DNA of 64,000 nt from Octopus vulgaris (taxonomy: Eukaryota). Shown here piece by piece: positions 1-14,696 of this stretch (the stretch's first letter is position 1; each line of letters opens with the position of its first letter). The stretch covers positions 94,054,001 to 94,118,000 of the forward strand of contig OX597819.1 in assembly GCA_951406725.2 (NCBI GenBank), written 5' to 3'. A model generated the notes under the pieces. That model was not told the DNA's origin. It saw nothing but the letters and a program-made list of their open reading frames with translations, and searched no databases. Made by a program: the position numbers and the translations under genes.

Positions 1-175
1 CACTAGCACGGATGCCAGTCATCGAATTTGATTTTGATCCCGATTTCACTTGCCTCAACAGGTCTTCACTTCACAAGCAGTGTTCAATGAAGGGAAGGTA
101 CGCATAAGTGGGCTGGTTACACCCCTGGCTTAAGCCACAAGGTTATGGTCTCACTTGGCTTGCTGGGTCTTCTCA
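1..175 (-). mobile_element. RTE LINE 3' UTR fragment
   Basis: Similar to 61850-62030 (CACTTGCCTCAACAGG, GAAGGGAAGGTA, GGTTATGGTCTCA). Confidence 0.7.
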
Positions 176-2100
176 GATATGCAAGATTAATTCAATTCAT
201 GTGAATAAAGAAGCATTACTTTGGACAGGATAATGTGACTGCTAAAGAGTTAAAGTTAATTCATATGCCTTGGAGTAATAAAGCCTAAATGCATATAAAA
301 AATACAGCCAACAATGACTCAAAAGTGAGTTTGGAATTATAAAATCTCATGCATTTTTTTGACAAACTGTAGACACATTTTCAGCTCTTGACTCAGTAGA
401 AGACACAAGATGTGATAGGTAGCAGGAGAGGGTTGCACCAGCTTGTATTCCTAGGAGCTGAGAAGAGTGGAGCAATGTGAAATGAAGTACACTGCACAAG
501 ACCATAGCACATCAATTCATTAATTGGTCCAGGAACTGATATTATGACCTTATGATCATGAGTAAACACTCTAAACATTAGGCCACACACTGTCAAAAAT
601 TGAATATATTATTTGAATTAAAGATCGCATGTAAAAGGATACTATATTAGGAAGATCGTTGAGAGTATTAATTCAGCTGAGATTATTGTCAGCACTAAGT
701 GGTATATATAAATTTAGAGTAATATAAATTAAAGATATTTTCTGCATAGAAACTGTATTAAATAGAGAATATACTTAAATTCAAGGACCACTTAGAGATT
801 TCATGGAGACAGTTTAATCTAATATACAAAGTACTTTTACAACAAAGTGTCTGATCACCAAAGTATCCAACCATACAGACACATGCATCTATGTATACCT
901 TAACATCATATATATATATATATGCAACTGCATTGCCAATTCAAAAATTGTTATCTTTCTTACATTACTCAAATAAACATAAAACCAAAAAAGCTTAATT
1001 GTTAATTTTCTGTCTTGGCCCAATCTGCAAAAAGACAGGATGATCATGGCTGGAATGTCTTCAATTATAGGCAGTATAATATAGGTGTTGATAAAATAAG
1101 TACCGGTGGAGCACTGATGTCAATGTTATTGACTAATCCTCTACCTCAAAATATTGCTCAACTTGTGCCAAAATTAGAAAGAATTATATTGTTATGTATT
1201 TGATCGGGGTATATTCACGAGCTAAATAACAACATTGGAAATGAATTCTTTTTATGTATATGGAACAGAAAGAAACACGCACAGACTACTATGTCAAGGC
1301 ATGCCACCCAATTATGTTGGACTAAACAAAAGTCTATGAGACTGAGAAAAACATATCTGCTACTCTGGGGTTATATTTTGATCCTAGATTCAGTCAGATA
1401 TATTCATGTCCAAAGCTGGCAAGAGAAGATGTGATGAGCTTTGCAGAAACACAAATTATTATTACTAATTAATTTAGATAGTGAGCTGAGTTCAAATTGC
1501 ACCAAGGTCAACTTTACCCTTCATTCCTCCAAACAAAATATCAATCAAGTGCTTAATCAGTGGCATCAACTAACCCTACCTCTCTCAAATTTCATGTCTT
1601 GTGTCTTTGCTATAAAGAATTACTTGGAAAATTTCCCAGGAATGCCTTCAGTATAAAAAGCAATATAAAGTGCTGGCTAACATACTTAATGTAATAATAA
1701 ACCAAAAAGTATTTCTAATCATTTAAAATTAATGTGTAACAATAAGAAAATTAACAGGTGTTGAAGACAATTCTTGTCAAAAATGACAAGGAAAAAACTC
1801 TGAAATTTAGATTGATTAAAAATTAACTAACAATATACAGTGGATAGTGAGTCTGACTTTTGGTATGTATGGTGACAACTGTAGTTTCATTACACTTCCT
1901 TGGTGAAGAATAGTCTGATATATAAATAATTAAGATCAGATTCTTGAAATAGATATTAAGAATCTCATAGCATTAACAGGAATAATTCTAACATAAGATT
2001 TACTCTATATACTTTGGACAAGTGTCTTCTACTATAATCTCAGGTTGAACACTACCTTGTGAATGAATTTGGTAAATTACAAACTGTATTAAGCCAGTCT

Positions 2101-2137
<37 letters not shown>

Positions 2138-2555
2138 TTTATTATTATAGCTGCAAAACCATCACAAAAAACTATGACTCAGAATTTCACATTGCTGTTT
2201 GTCAGACAACTGTTAGGGTAAAAGTTGTGTAGTCATGCAGTGACAAGCCATACATGAAGTGTTCCTTTTGCAAAAGAAGTAGAAGCAGATTTGGGTTCGA
2301 TATTTATATTTTCTTCTAAATAAATTAGGTCAGGCTAAACAAAGTACTTTCTATCTCCTATCTGCTTTGAACTAAGTTTGACTCAAATGGTCAGTTAAAG
2401 AATAGAAGTTATTTGTATGTGACGATTGACTCTCATAAATTTGTATGTGCTAATGGCAAGAACAAAAGAAAGGAACTCATAGAAAAAAACTAGGCTTGGT
2501 TTTGAATCTTGGCTAAGAATAAAAGAAGCTATTCATTACACATATAGCCACAAAA

Positions 2556-2593
<38 letters not shown>

Positions 2594-2624
2594 TCAAAGT
2601 GTACAGTATTATATATCCATTATG

Positions 2625-2713
2625 GCCAATCTTACCAATTGGTTTCGCACTAGGAGTTCAACGGAGTGTTAGATAACAGTCCGATCAGTAACCCTGCACT
2701 CTTCAGCAATGGC
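2625..2713 (-). ncRNA. Type I hammerhead ribozyme motif (Penelope-type), intact core with imperfect stem I
   Basis: Minus strand reads GCCAUUG CUGAAGA G[long stem II]C GAAA C CAAUUG G UA AGAUUGGC. Stem III is palindromic (ACCAAUUGGU). The insert sits between microsatellites. Confidence 0.7.
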
Positions 2714-2768
2714 AGTTATGGAATGAAACATACATTTATATAATATTTACACACACACACACACACAG

Positions 2769-2827
<59 letters not shown>

Positions 2828-2877
2828 AAATATTGAGTTTCTAAATCTCTCGTAGAGAGGTGTACGGTGGTGGAGCG

Positions 2878-3085
2878 ATATAATGGTTGTATACTGTCAA
2901 TCTAACAAGAACGTGACAGTAGGGGGTACACCACCGTTATATAGCCCTAGGAGGCATCGAACGCCTCCTGACAGCTTCGATAAAATGTGTCGAAGCTGTC
3001 AGGAGGCGTTCGATGCCTCCTAGGGCTATATAACGGTGGTGTACCCCCTACTGTCACGTTCTTGTTAGATTGACAATATACAACC

Positions 3086-3092
<7 letters not shown>
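2878..3092. repeat. Near-perfect foldback element (~103-bp arms, 9-nt spacer)
   Basis: ATAATGGTTG...GCTTCGA taaaatgtg TCGAAGC...CAACCATTAT with one mismatch seen. Each arm has a nested hairpin AGGAGGC/GCCTCCT. Flanked by (TA)n. Confidence 0.92.
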
Positions 3093-3122
<30 letters not shown>

Positions 3123-3837
3123 ACATATAAATAGGATGTATATGTATGTGTGTGTGTAAATGTTCATGACTGTTGATATTCCTCTCATCACCATTTGACA
3201 TTATGACAGGTCACTCTGCCCTTTATGCTTTCTATGACCTGTGGAATCTTAAAAAATCCCAGGTGAGGGTTCATGACAGGAAGAGCATCCAGCCATAAAA
3301 TCCTGCCTCAAAATCAATTGCCATCCATTAGCATGGGAAAACAAATGTCAAACAAATGAATGAACAAACAAATGAGTTTAAAATTCCATATAATTTTCTA
3401 CTTCTTACAATTTAAACATTTAGGTATGTTAATTGATGTTTGAGTATCTCAACCTGGCCACAAAAAAAGAAAATCATGAAAATTGATATTTTAAAATTGA
3501 ATTTTTATACTTTTGAAAAATGATAAAGCAATTAGAATTGCATATTGATCACTTCCGTCTCCCAGTATGCCTTTGCCAAATCATTTATTGATTACTCATT
3601 GATTAATTAAAGTATTTAACATAGTGTTTCAAAAAACTCAAACTTCAAAACTTAATTAGAAAACTAGCATAAGGGACCAATGCAAAAGTGTCTAAACTGT
3701 TTTCCAGCCTGCAAGAAATAGCAACCAAAGTCACTTGAATCATATTTCACCTGAGGTGGGGGAAATAAGGAGACTAGACATTAAATAACATGCTACAGAC
3801 TACCCATAAGAGAAGAGAATAACAGACAAGAAATATA

Positions 3838-3892
3838 CGAGGGGTGCTGAAAAGTTCCTGGCTTTCAGTAAAAAGAACTACAGGAAGATCAG
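3838..3892 (+). mobile_element. Mariner-type terminal inverted repeat remnant
   Basis: TA|CGAGGGGTGCTGAAAAGTTCCTGGCTTT, truncated by the adjacent SINE. Confidence 0.5.
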
Positions 3893-4298
3893 TTACTCTT
3901 TTTACTCTTTTACTTGTTTCAGTCATTTGACTGTGGCCATGCTGGAGCACCACCTTTAGTCGAGCAAATCGACCCCAGGACTTATTCTTTGTAAGCCTAG
4001 TAATTATTCTATCGGTTTCTTTTGCCGACATAACACACCAAGCGATGTTGGGCGGACAAACACAGATACACAAATGTATACACACACATACACACACACA
4101 CACATACACACACATATATATATATACATATACACATCGGGCTTCTTTCAGTTTCGATCTACCAAATCCACTCACAAGGCTTTGGTCAGCCCGAGGCTAT
4201 AGTAGAAGACACTTGCCCAAGGTGCCACGCAGTGGGACTGAACCCAGAACCATGTGGCTGGTAAGCAAGCTACTTACCACACAGCCACTCCTATGCCT
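3893..4298 (-). mobile_element. SINE family A
   Basis: Reverse complement of the 23181-23625 organisation, with an internal deletion. Confidence 0.88.
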
Positions 4299-7200
4299 AT
4301 TTATGATTTTATTAAACATATTTCCCTCTCAGATTCACACACTTAATGCAGTGGTCCTTCAGTTTTTCTAAGCCCTGTAAAATAAATCAGAAGGTTGGGC
4401 CTCTAACCAAGTCTTTTGTGATATCCTTAAAGCTGGGAACTTTTCAGCACCTCATTGTATGAACTGAGGATAACTGATATTAGCAAAACTGCTACCAGAT
4501 TTGGACTAAACGTTTTGTAGTATCTTTTTCTGTTCTCTGTGTTCTGACAACAATGCCTATAATAAGACTGGTGCTTACATGACTTTTCTTGGTAGATATC
4601 AGTAGCATGGAGAAAGGAGGTTTGCATGCATAGGTAACTACTATGCTAGTCTTTCACAAACACTCGTTCTGGTCTACATCTTGCTTGGGTTGAGTCATAT
4701 GACCAATCTTGCCCATTGCAGGCCTTACATATATGGATTTAGAGATAGATAAATAGATAGATAGGCAGGCAGACAGGTAGGTAGGTAAGTAGGTCGGTAG
4801 GTAGGTAGGTAGATTACATAAAAAATATCTGAAAAAAGAAAACGACAAAATACTTTTCTAAACGTCTTTATGCAATCCCTAATTTTTAATTTAAAAAAGT
4901 TTTTCTTCAAATATTGTATCAAAAACACGATTTTAACTTAAAAACGTTTTTTAAACATATGTATATATATATATATATATGCTCATAAATATATTCATAT
5001 ATATATGTTTATTTAAAATTCTATGCATATATATGTGTATGTACATATGAAGATATATACACATACATTTTAGAGCTATTTTTCATTCAAAAATGCAATG
5101 TGAGTGGATATGTCTGAATGAAAATGTAACAGACATATTTTGATATTTGGCGGAAGAGCAAATACCGAGTGAGGCAAGAAATTTAAGATTTATAATATAT
5201 ATATATGTTCAGTTCCAAACTGTCAGTAATATTGCCAAGAGTAAAGAAATAAGAAAATTAAGTGAACAAATAAATAAATAAAATATAAATATATGTTAAA
5301 TATAGTATGACTAATAACAAAAAAATAAATCATTTGCAGAGGTTCGATACTGCATAGGCAAGGTACAATTTCAAGATATGTGTTATTGATTGACCCTTAA
5401 TGCAGTAATCTGTTATTCATTCATCTATGTCTGTACATGTACAAGAATTTTTGTACTCATAATGTGCTCGTGTGTGTGTGTGTGCGTGCGCGTGTGATGA
5501 AAATAGACCACAAACATAATGAGTCACCAATTTGATCAAAAAAATTCATCATATACTATATCAGAGATAAATTAGGCTTAGGCGCTTGCATATGTACATA
5601 TGCAAGTATGTTTGTTTGTTTGTATAAACACAAATATGGAGATTTACAATTGACTATATATGTATGTATGTATATACACAACCACATGCATGAACATAAC
5701 ATGTACAACTATATATATATATATATATATATATAACATAAAAGAATAGGGATTTGGAATCTTGGCAGGTACCTTACTAGTTCTCTGATACAATCCAGGT
5801 TCTGGGTAACCACATCAAATGATGAGGAACACATAAACTTGTTTAAGGTAAACAATTACATGGGACTTCACTTGACAAGTAAATCCTGACTTCACTTCCT
5901 TCAAATTTTGGATTTAAGAAATTTTGGATTTAAGATACGGATTCATTACAAAATATTACTTCAAATAGGGCCTTATATATCTCATCTAACCCTGGTTTAT
6001 TACCACTTCAAATGGGGCCATCATATCTTATCTGGCTTGGTCCTGTTACTAGTTTGCATGGACCTGATCACGTGAATAGTAGACATCACTAAAATACTTT
6101 ACAGAAGCCTTACTCCTCAGACTTACATTTCTCCCAGAATTCCATTTCTGCCTAGTTTTCCCCTCCAATATATATTCTGCAGTATTGCAATTTAAACATT
6201 AAGCACATTACTCTAATCAGTTTATCTGAAATCTCTCACATTAAAGGACCCTTTCAATACCAACATACATTAGAATGATGCTAGAGAATTTCTGATGTTA
6301 AAGTGTTCATATCTGAATTTAAACATGCCATCACAGAACCTTTTATTAAGTTATGTTCCAAATACCATGTTAATAATGACAGGATTATTTTACTAAATGC
6401 CTCCAAATTCTTGGTTAATTTCAAAATTAATTGGAAACACACAAACTATGTATATCAATAGAAATACGGGCTCAAAGGGTTAAAAGTTTGTGGGGAGTGT
6501 TCTTTGTATTTGAGCTAATGAACTAAATAAAACAAACTGAAAGAGAGAGCCAATGAGATCCAAAAATAAATAAAGGCAATTTTGGTATGAAATATTGAAT
6601 GCAAATACATTAAACTTAGAAGGATACAATGAAGAAATATGCTCTTTAATAGGATTGCAGAAAATAATGCAAATTAATGTTGTTTGTGATAATGATGATG
6701 GTAGTTAAATGTTAGCAGTTATGGTTTCTATTAGCATTGCCAGAATATATTTTGTCACAATAAATTAAATTTTAAAGTTTTCTCTGCCTTCCCTTCCTCA
6801 TCTTAGAATAAACAGTGAAAATTTTCATTTTGTCACAATCAAGCTTTTCTTAAATGGTTGAGCAAATTTAAGGAGTATTTCAAACTGTCAAGATCTAAAT
6901 ACCTTTTAAAGAAATAGTTGTTGCATGGTTTTCAGTAATTTTCTGTCAACTTTGGTTTTTAAACAAAATTTATTTAGAATATGAGATTTTAACATGTGTC
7001 ATTATCATCAAATTATTATGAAGCAAATTATTGTTCCTGTCATGTGTCAACATTGCTGATTTTCTATTTATTCTTCTCCTTTCTATTTATCATTCATTTT
7101 AATTTATTTTATTTTTAAAATTCTTCAGATATATTTCAAATATTTATATTCTTCTATTGATATGTCATAAAATTGAGTTTTAATTTCTCCATTTTATTTT

Positions 7201-7548
7201 TATTATCTGTTAGTTGTATAGTATTATTTTTTATTTTAAAAACAGTATCAGGTTATTATTTTAACAAACTAAGAATTTTAAAGCTATTCAGTTAAAGCTA
7301 TTAATGATACTAACATAGTACCCATAAAAAATAACAGGGTTTATTTCAGCCTCCTTTCAGTAATTCTTAATGATTTTGCTTCAAGCCTAACAACCTTTCT
7401 TTCTGTTTCGTTTTGTCTTCTTTCAGTTACCCTTTTTACCACCAATCACTTCTCTCCACTATTCTCACTGACTCTCTTTCACATGCTTCATTATTTCTTT
7501 CCTTTTTCAATATCCGTATATAGATAGATAGAGATAGATAGATAGATT

Positions 7549-7625
<77 letters not shown>

Positions 7626-8778
7626 ATGTAATCAAAATGTGCCGCCATCTCTTATTTTAATGCCCTAACTTTCTCCACTTTGATACCATGTGGAAATCTC
7701 TTTCTACCATTCACTCAATATTTATGCACCTCCCATTTTATCTCATCACCTCTATGTTCCCCTCTCATTTGTAGAACTGTGCCCTTCTTTTTTCTACTTC
7801 TCCTCTCTTGCTTACTATATCTTCCCCTACACTCTCATACTCATTTTTCCCCGTCCTCATCTATAAATTAGTCTTATATGACTTCCTGTCACACTAACTA
7901 CTACTGTCTGATGACCCTCTTCCTCTCTGTCTGTCTGTCTCTCTCTCTCTCTCTCCCACTCTCTATCCTTTTCTTTCTCTCCTTCTATCTATCCTTTTCT
8001 TTCCCACCTATTCTCTCTCTCCCTAGCCAGACCCCATTTCCTCATGATCTTTCCCACCTATCTGTTTATCTAACAAATCTACTTTTCTTCACAATACATT
8101 CTCTTTCTTCCACCTATCTCAGCTCAGTCATTGCTTTCCCTTTCCAGTGTGACAGGAGAAAGGAAACCAACAAAAACAAAGAAAAAACATGGACAAGACT
8201 CATCAGTTTATATAAAGATCTATTTTATGCAGTCACTATATCTTATGAAGCAAAATCAGTTTCTGAACATCAGTTAAGCTATCTTGTGCTTCATTAGGTT
8301 CAAGTTAGTAGAAACAGAGTATAATAATAAAATAAAAAAATTTAAATAAAACATTTTCAGAGATTTGATTCACCAGTCAATGACCTGAGATCAAATGTGT
8401 TCAGCTATGATCCCTTTCTGTGGTATTCATTTGCCATTTTGAATCTTTTCCATAAAGCTGAGGCAACTAAATATGTTCCTTTAATTATAAACACTCAGAT
8501 GTTATGATCTATGACAGAAGAAGGAAAGAAAGAGATAGAGTAAAGGAAAGAAAGAGAAAGAGTAAAGGAAAGAAAGATAGTTGATGTATATATATATAAA
8601 AAACCTTTTAAAATATTAAAATGCTTAGAAGATATTTTAGCTTTAAGTGTGAGCTAAAGATATGATGAATATTTATATAAAGTATTAACTAAAGTTATCC
8701 TTCTCGAGGTGACCTTGTGAAGTTTGTTCACTTCACCTACCACTATATGGATTCTCACATTCTCTGCTTCCCTTAGAT

Positions 8779-8834
<56 letters not shown>

Positions 8835-11239
8835 ATAGTGGATTTATATGCCAATGGGGATGCATGTAGATGCTAATGGGAATGTGTGCATAAATGGTTG
8901 CGTGTACGTGTGTATGTGTGTGTGTGTTTTTGTATCTATATACTAATTGAAGAGAGAGAAAATATGTGCAAAACAGACAGAGAGTATAGCATGTGAGAGG
9001 GAGTATGTTTGTATTAGAATGTGTGTGTATGTGTATATAAGTAAAAGAGTGAGGGAGAAAATTAGAGTGTGAGAGAAAAAAAAAGGAATGTGTGACAGCA
9101 TGTATATGTATGTGTGTGCATGTGTGTGTGTGTAACTGCATGCACACATATGATCATATTTGAAATTCTATCTTGTAACTGCATCATTAAATCAATAAGA
9201 AACCTATTACTCAGGTGGAATAGGAAGCAATATTGATATAAGTCTGACCGGGAAGCATGACGGACATATGATAAGCTATGTAAAGTTCAGCTTGAGCACT
9301 GAATGCTTTCTTCTACATGCCGGTTGCTAGCATTCACCAGGATATTGTAGTTTCATAGTTTGTATAATACTTCAGTAAGCTTTAATGAGCTACTATATTA
9401 CTGAATGTTTTAAATGAAGCTGTAGTAATGTTTTAGTGAGTCACCACTTGGTTGTTCAAACTGCTAAAAATAGCAACCAAATGTTCCTCTAATCACACTC
9501 AGGAATTTAGATTTGGAAAGGCACATTGGATAATGTAGTCAATGAAACAGAAATGTATGGGTTAGTCATAGCTAGAACATCAAATTGAGAAACTATCTTG
9601 ATGATCGTTTATCTATTTGATTAGGAGTGATTTGGAGCTAAGCAGCAACAATAATCCATTCTATTATAGGCACAAAGCCTGAAATTTGGGAGAGGGAGTA
9701 ATCAGTTACATTGACTCCAGTGTTTTACTGGTAAATTTATCGACCCCTGAAAGGATGAAAGGCAAAGCCGACCTTGACAGAATTTGAACTCACAACATTG
9801 CAACAGGCGAAAAACCACTAAGCATTTTGTCCGGCACACTAACGATTCTGTCAGCTGGTACTCTTTATGACTATGAAAATGACAAGGTTTTTTTTTTTTT
9901 TTAACTTGATGTAGCTGCAGTTTGTTTCTCTAAGGAAATAAAGGGATCTCAATGCCTGAATAGTTTGACTTGCAATTGTAAGGTTGAGTTTATGATGATT
10001 TTTGGTATCATTAAAACTTCAGGTGGTGGCAGACAGTTTGGTATCAAAAGGGTTAACCAAACATCCAGGAAAGTATGGCTAATATAACTTAAAAGGGAAT
10101 TAATAAGAGATCTTCAAGAGGGTCATTTGGGCTCCTAGAAGCTTGCAAATCTCCCTTAAATTACCTTAAAAAGATTCATTGGATAATGTTGACTGCTGTC
10201 TGAAAAGAAAGAGACCTAGAGGTCATGGTCAGAATACTTTTAACTATAAGCCTGGTTTGTTAGAACTGGCTTGGGTGCTGAGCCATAGTTTCTAAAATAA
10301 TGAGGATTTTCAGACATACACATGATGCAAATGGGATAAGATACTAAGTCTAAGCTGTTATTGTCAATATTAGATAGATTATGAGTTCAAATTCTGCCAA
10401 TTAAAAACAATTAATAATCCAAATATTCAGGGTAAAACACTCCTTTTCCGACATGCAAAGAGAACAGGAGGATGTCTGGCCTCATTGATATGTTAGAAAA
10501 TTTAAGATGTAATGCTGGATTCTTGAAAACCACCAGAGAGCATGGGTTATGTAATTGCAGACAATATTGGCACAGCCCTTTACTATATTCCTTATTAATG
10601 TCCTTCAAATTCGAGTAATTAGTTTGGGATCTAAATGTTAGAACGATAAAATTTAATGAGGAACTAAATTACACCCTCAAACCTGAGTTTACTCTCATTT
10701 GCATTAAACTATATAACATTTATCTTTCTGCCTCCTCCTAAGTTCATTTGCTTGAAAATATTGTTTCATGTTCCTGCATGTCCTACATCCACTAAAGGTA
10801 ATCTTTCTGACCTATCCAATTGGCAACTAATTTTAGTTATCTCAAACATTCAATGTGATGGAAATGCTAAGGAATTATCACCTTTTACAATACGCAAACA
10901 TCATCCATCCTTCTTTAGCAACTACTAGTTGTTTTCATATGTCATTTCTACAAGGAATTTCATTCTCTACATATCAAGGTTTTCTTTTTTATAAATATAC
11001 ATAGAGAGAGAGGGTGATAGATATAGATGCATTTATGGTGAACATGTTTGAAGAACCAACGATATTGCCAACTGCCAAGTGCAATAGTCAGCATGAAACC
11101 ATCGTCGATATTCTGATTAGTTATATGCCATAACCAGGAATCTATTGCTCAACTCTGTGTGTGTGTGTGTGTATGTGTGTGTGTGCCTGTGTATCTGTGA
11201 CTCTGTGTGTATGTATGTATATATATATGTGTATGCATA

Positions 11240-11287
<48 letters not shown>

Positions 11288-11327
11288 TACACACACACAG
11301 AGTGAATGAGAGTGACATACAGAGAGG

Positions 11328-11397
<70 letters not shown>

Positions 11398-12508
11398 CTC
11401 ACATACAGACATGAACACACGTCATACACACATGCAAATCTAGTGGACCTCCACAATTTCACTCACAAGGCATTGGGAAATCTGAAGCTATGGTAAAAAG
11501 ACACTTGCTCAAAGTGCTGCATAGTTGGATCAAATCCAGAACTACAAGGTTGTAAAGTTAATATCTTGACCACACAGCCATTTACATATTCAATACCAAA
11601 TTGGTAGTGTCTTGCTAAATTTGGCATTATCATATCCTTTGTTGGATATCTTTCTTCATCAGCTCTAGTATTCTTCCTTTTTTTTTGTCTTCTTAACTTT
11701 CTTCCTCCTCCTTATCATTTCCTTCTCGTTATCTCATTTTTACACAAGCATTTTTATAGTGATGCCAACACCTTTCATTCATAACATCTTTTATTGGAGT
11801 CAGTGAGTGGTGGGGTTCTTTATGTGACCCCTTGACCTCCTAAAAATTGCAACCACGTCACACTTATTAACCTGCTAAAATTAGGACACAATGGACAATG
11901 TCTTTTAGAAACCAAAGAACAAAATTGTTGCGGGGTGGATCTTTTCAGCTGGAAAGATTTTTACCATCGATCTCTACAGTCAGTGAAGATCCGAGGAAAG
12001 CAACATCATCATCATCATCATCATCTAATTATTTAACATCCATTTTTCATGCTGGCATGAGTTGGATGCCATGACAGGAACTGGCAAGCCCAGGGGCCAC
12101 ACCAGGATTTCATTGTCAGTTTTGGCTTGGTTTCTATAGCTGAATGCCTTTCCTAACACTAACCACTTTACAGAGTGTAGTAGATGCTTTTTATGCAGTA
12201 CCAGCACCAGTGCTTTTTATGTGGCACCAGCACCCACACTAATGCTTTCTATTTGGAACCTTGGTTTTAGGAACTCATTTCTGTTGTGGTGGTTGGGTCT
12301 TCTTGAGGGTGAATGGAAAAACAGTAATTTGGCTCGACTCTGTTTGTTTTATGTTCAAATCGTACCAAGGTTAAATTTGACTTTCACATTTCCAAGATTG
12401 CTAAAGCAAAGTGCTAGTCCAAGATCATGAATTGGTAGAATTATTAGAGTGTGGGACAAAATTCATTTCTTCTCTTTACATTCTGAATAGAACACATGTA
12501 AGTGTATG

Positions 12509-12736
12509 TTTCTTTACTACCCACAAGGGGCTAAACATAGAGGGGACAAGAAAGGACAGACAAATGGATTAAGCCGATTACATCGACCCCAGTGCATAAC
12601 TGGTACTTAATTTATCGACCCCGGAAAGGATGAAAGGTAAAGTCGACCTCGGCGGAATTTGAACTCAGAACGTAACAGCAGACAAAATACGGCTACGCAT
12701 TTCGCCCGGCATGCTAATGGTTCTGCCAGCTCGCCA
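12509..12736 (-). mobile_element. SINE family B
   Basis: Reverse complement reads GGCGAGCTGGCAGAA..GAGTTCAAATTCCGCCGAGGTCGACTTT..CCTTTCATCCTTTCCGGGGTCGATAAATTAAGTACCAG. Confidence 0.85.
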
Positions 12737-13438
12737 TATGTAGGTGTAGTGAATTTATCTGTATTTAGCCAACATGGGTATCATGTATAAAATACTCACC
12801 AAAAGTTTTCAGTCATAATGTACCTAGGACACCTTTATGCTTTATACTTTTTATAATAATGAGATATAATTTAGGGAAGATTTTGGTTGTTATTTCTAAC
12901 AATCATGTAAAGGCCGCCTCGATGTGCTTGATAGGTCTTATGTAGAAGGAGTAAATATGAAAAATATAAAAGAATGAATAATGGTAAGATAATTAAACTA
13001 GGTGTCTGACTTGCTAAACAATATCTGACTCTATCCAAAATTACACATTTCAGGTACACAGTAACAACTTCTATTTCATTTACAATATCTGATTGGTTGA
13101 ACATGATCAAGTTATATACTTCACTGGTTGGACAAGCTCCAACTATAAACTTGGTTAGCTGAAAGACATTCAACTAAGTTTTTTGATTGGCTGAATACTA
13201 ATTTATTTTGACATTAGAAAAAATTTTTTAAATTAATAGTTTGTTGCTAAAAATTTAGTGGTTTATTGGTTTTTGAACTTGATGCTTATAATTTTTTGAT
13301 TATTAGGAAGAATTTTTGTTGTTGCAAGAGATACACCTCTAGATTATATATATATTATAGTTAATTTATTGAGTGTACTAAATGTATATTCAATAAATTG
13401 TAAGTATGTAAATTTTAGTCCAATATATCATCATCATA

Positions 13439-13670
13439 GGGTGGTGAGCTGGCAGAATCATTAGCACACCAGGTGAAATGCTTAGCAGTATTTTGTCTGC
13501 CGTCACGTTATGAGTTCAAATTCTGCCAAGGTCAACTTTGTTTTTCATTCTTTCAGGGTCGATTAAATAAGCACCAGTTATGCACTGGGGTTGAGGTAAT
13601 CGACTTAATCCCTCTGTCTGTCCTTGTTTGTCCCCTTTATGTTCAACCCCCATGGGTAATTAAGAAATAA
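13439..13670 (+). mobile_element. SINE family B
   Basis: Same motifs on the plus strand. Confidence 0.85.
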
Positions 13671-14696
13671 CTATATCATCATCATCAATATCCTTACATC
13701 CTTTTTTTTTTGCCATGTTGTCAGAGAGCTATCTGCTCTATAATTACATGTAGAAATACTGCTAGACTTCTAGAGATGCATATTAACCCCACTATCACTT
13801 TCCACATAGATACATTCACAAGTACACTCATACATATACAAACACATGCATGTATATACAAGAGCAGGATCAGTTCATATTTGGAGTGACTGTTCTTGTA
13901 CATATATGCATGTGTATGTTTGCATATATGTCTATGTGAAGGTGCATAGCTCAGTAGTGAGAACGTCAGGCTCACATTCATGAGATGATGAGTTCAATTT
14001 GCAGACCAAGCTGTGTGTTGTGTTCTTGAGCAAGACACTTTATTTCATATTGTTTCCAGTTCACTCAGTTGTAGAAATGAGCTGTGATGTTACTGGTGCC
14101 AAGCTGTATCAACCTCTGCATTTCCCTTGGAAAACATTAGTGGTGTGGCTGGTATGGTCTTCCATAAACAACTTTATTGCCTGGGCTTGTACCTTGGAAG
14201 GTAACTTTTCAAGTGCAATCCCATGGTCATTCATGACCTTTTTCTTTATATGTAGGCATGTGTGTAGTTGTAAATGTGTTTGTGTAGGGTGGAGCGAAGT
14301 TAATATGCATATCTAGAAGTCTAGCTGTATTTCGACATGTGTTTCTTGAGCTTTCTGTATATGTGTAAGAGCCTAAGTATGTGGGTATGTGTTTAATGTG
14401 CAAATAACAGTTATCAGCCAAAGGGTATATCAGTGTGATTCATGACTACGTAGCTCTCTGGGTATGTGAGTGTATGAGGGAGCATATATGCATTCATATG
14501 AATCAATTGTGTAATCATAACCATCATGCTACCCATCATGCTTGTATCATGTAGATGGGTCTTTTCTAGCACATGCTGCAGTATTTTGTCTTATCACTTG
14601 TGGTTTTCTGCCATCCTCTTTGTGAGTTCAACCATATGAGATCAAAAGGCTTCACTAGTTCATCCTATGTCTTCATCATTCCACCACTCACATGAG

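Noticed and set aside
2480-2550. Peptide WLRIKEAIH resembling a GIY-YIG C-terminal helix next to a hammerhead
   Set aside because: Too short, no upstream GIY-YIG motif, and separated from the hammerhead insert by (TA)n.
5765-5820. Possible antisense hammerhead relics here and at about 40265-40290, plus a 3'-half motif at about 52550
   Set aside because: Core halves are missing or multiply mutated, so they cannot be supported by eye.
8148-8500. Acceptor-like sites followed by CDRRK.. and RFDS..YDPFLW, superficially like Cav3 exon 12
   Set aside because: No ILGM/LFG start, no TVFQ plus donor site, and both frames run into stop codons.
10430-10617. Cys-containing plus-strand frame ending LLYSLLMSF
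   Set aside because: No real similarity to the turret exon and no compatible splice sites.
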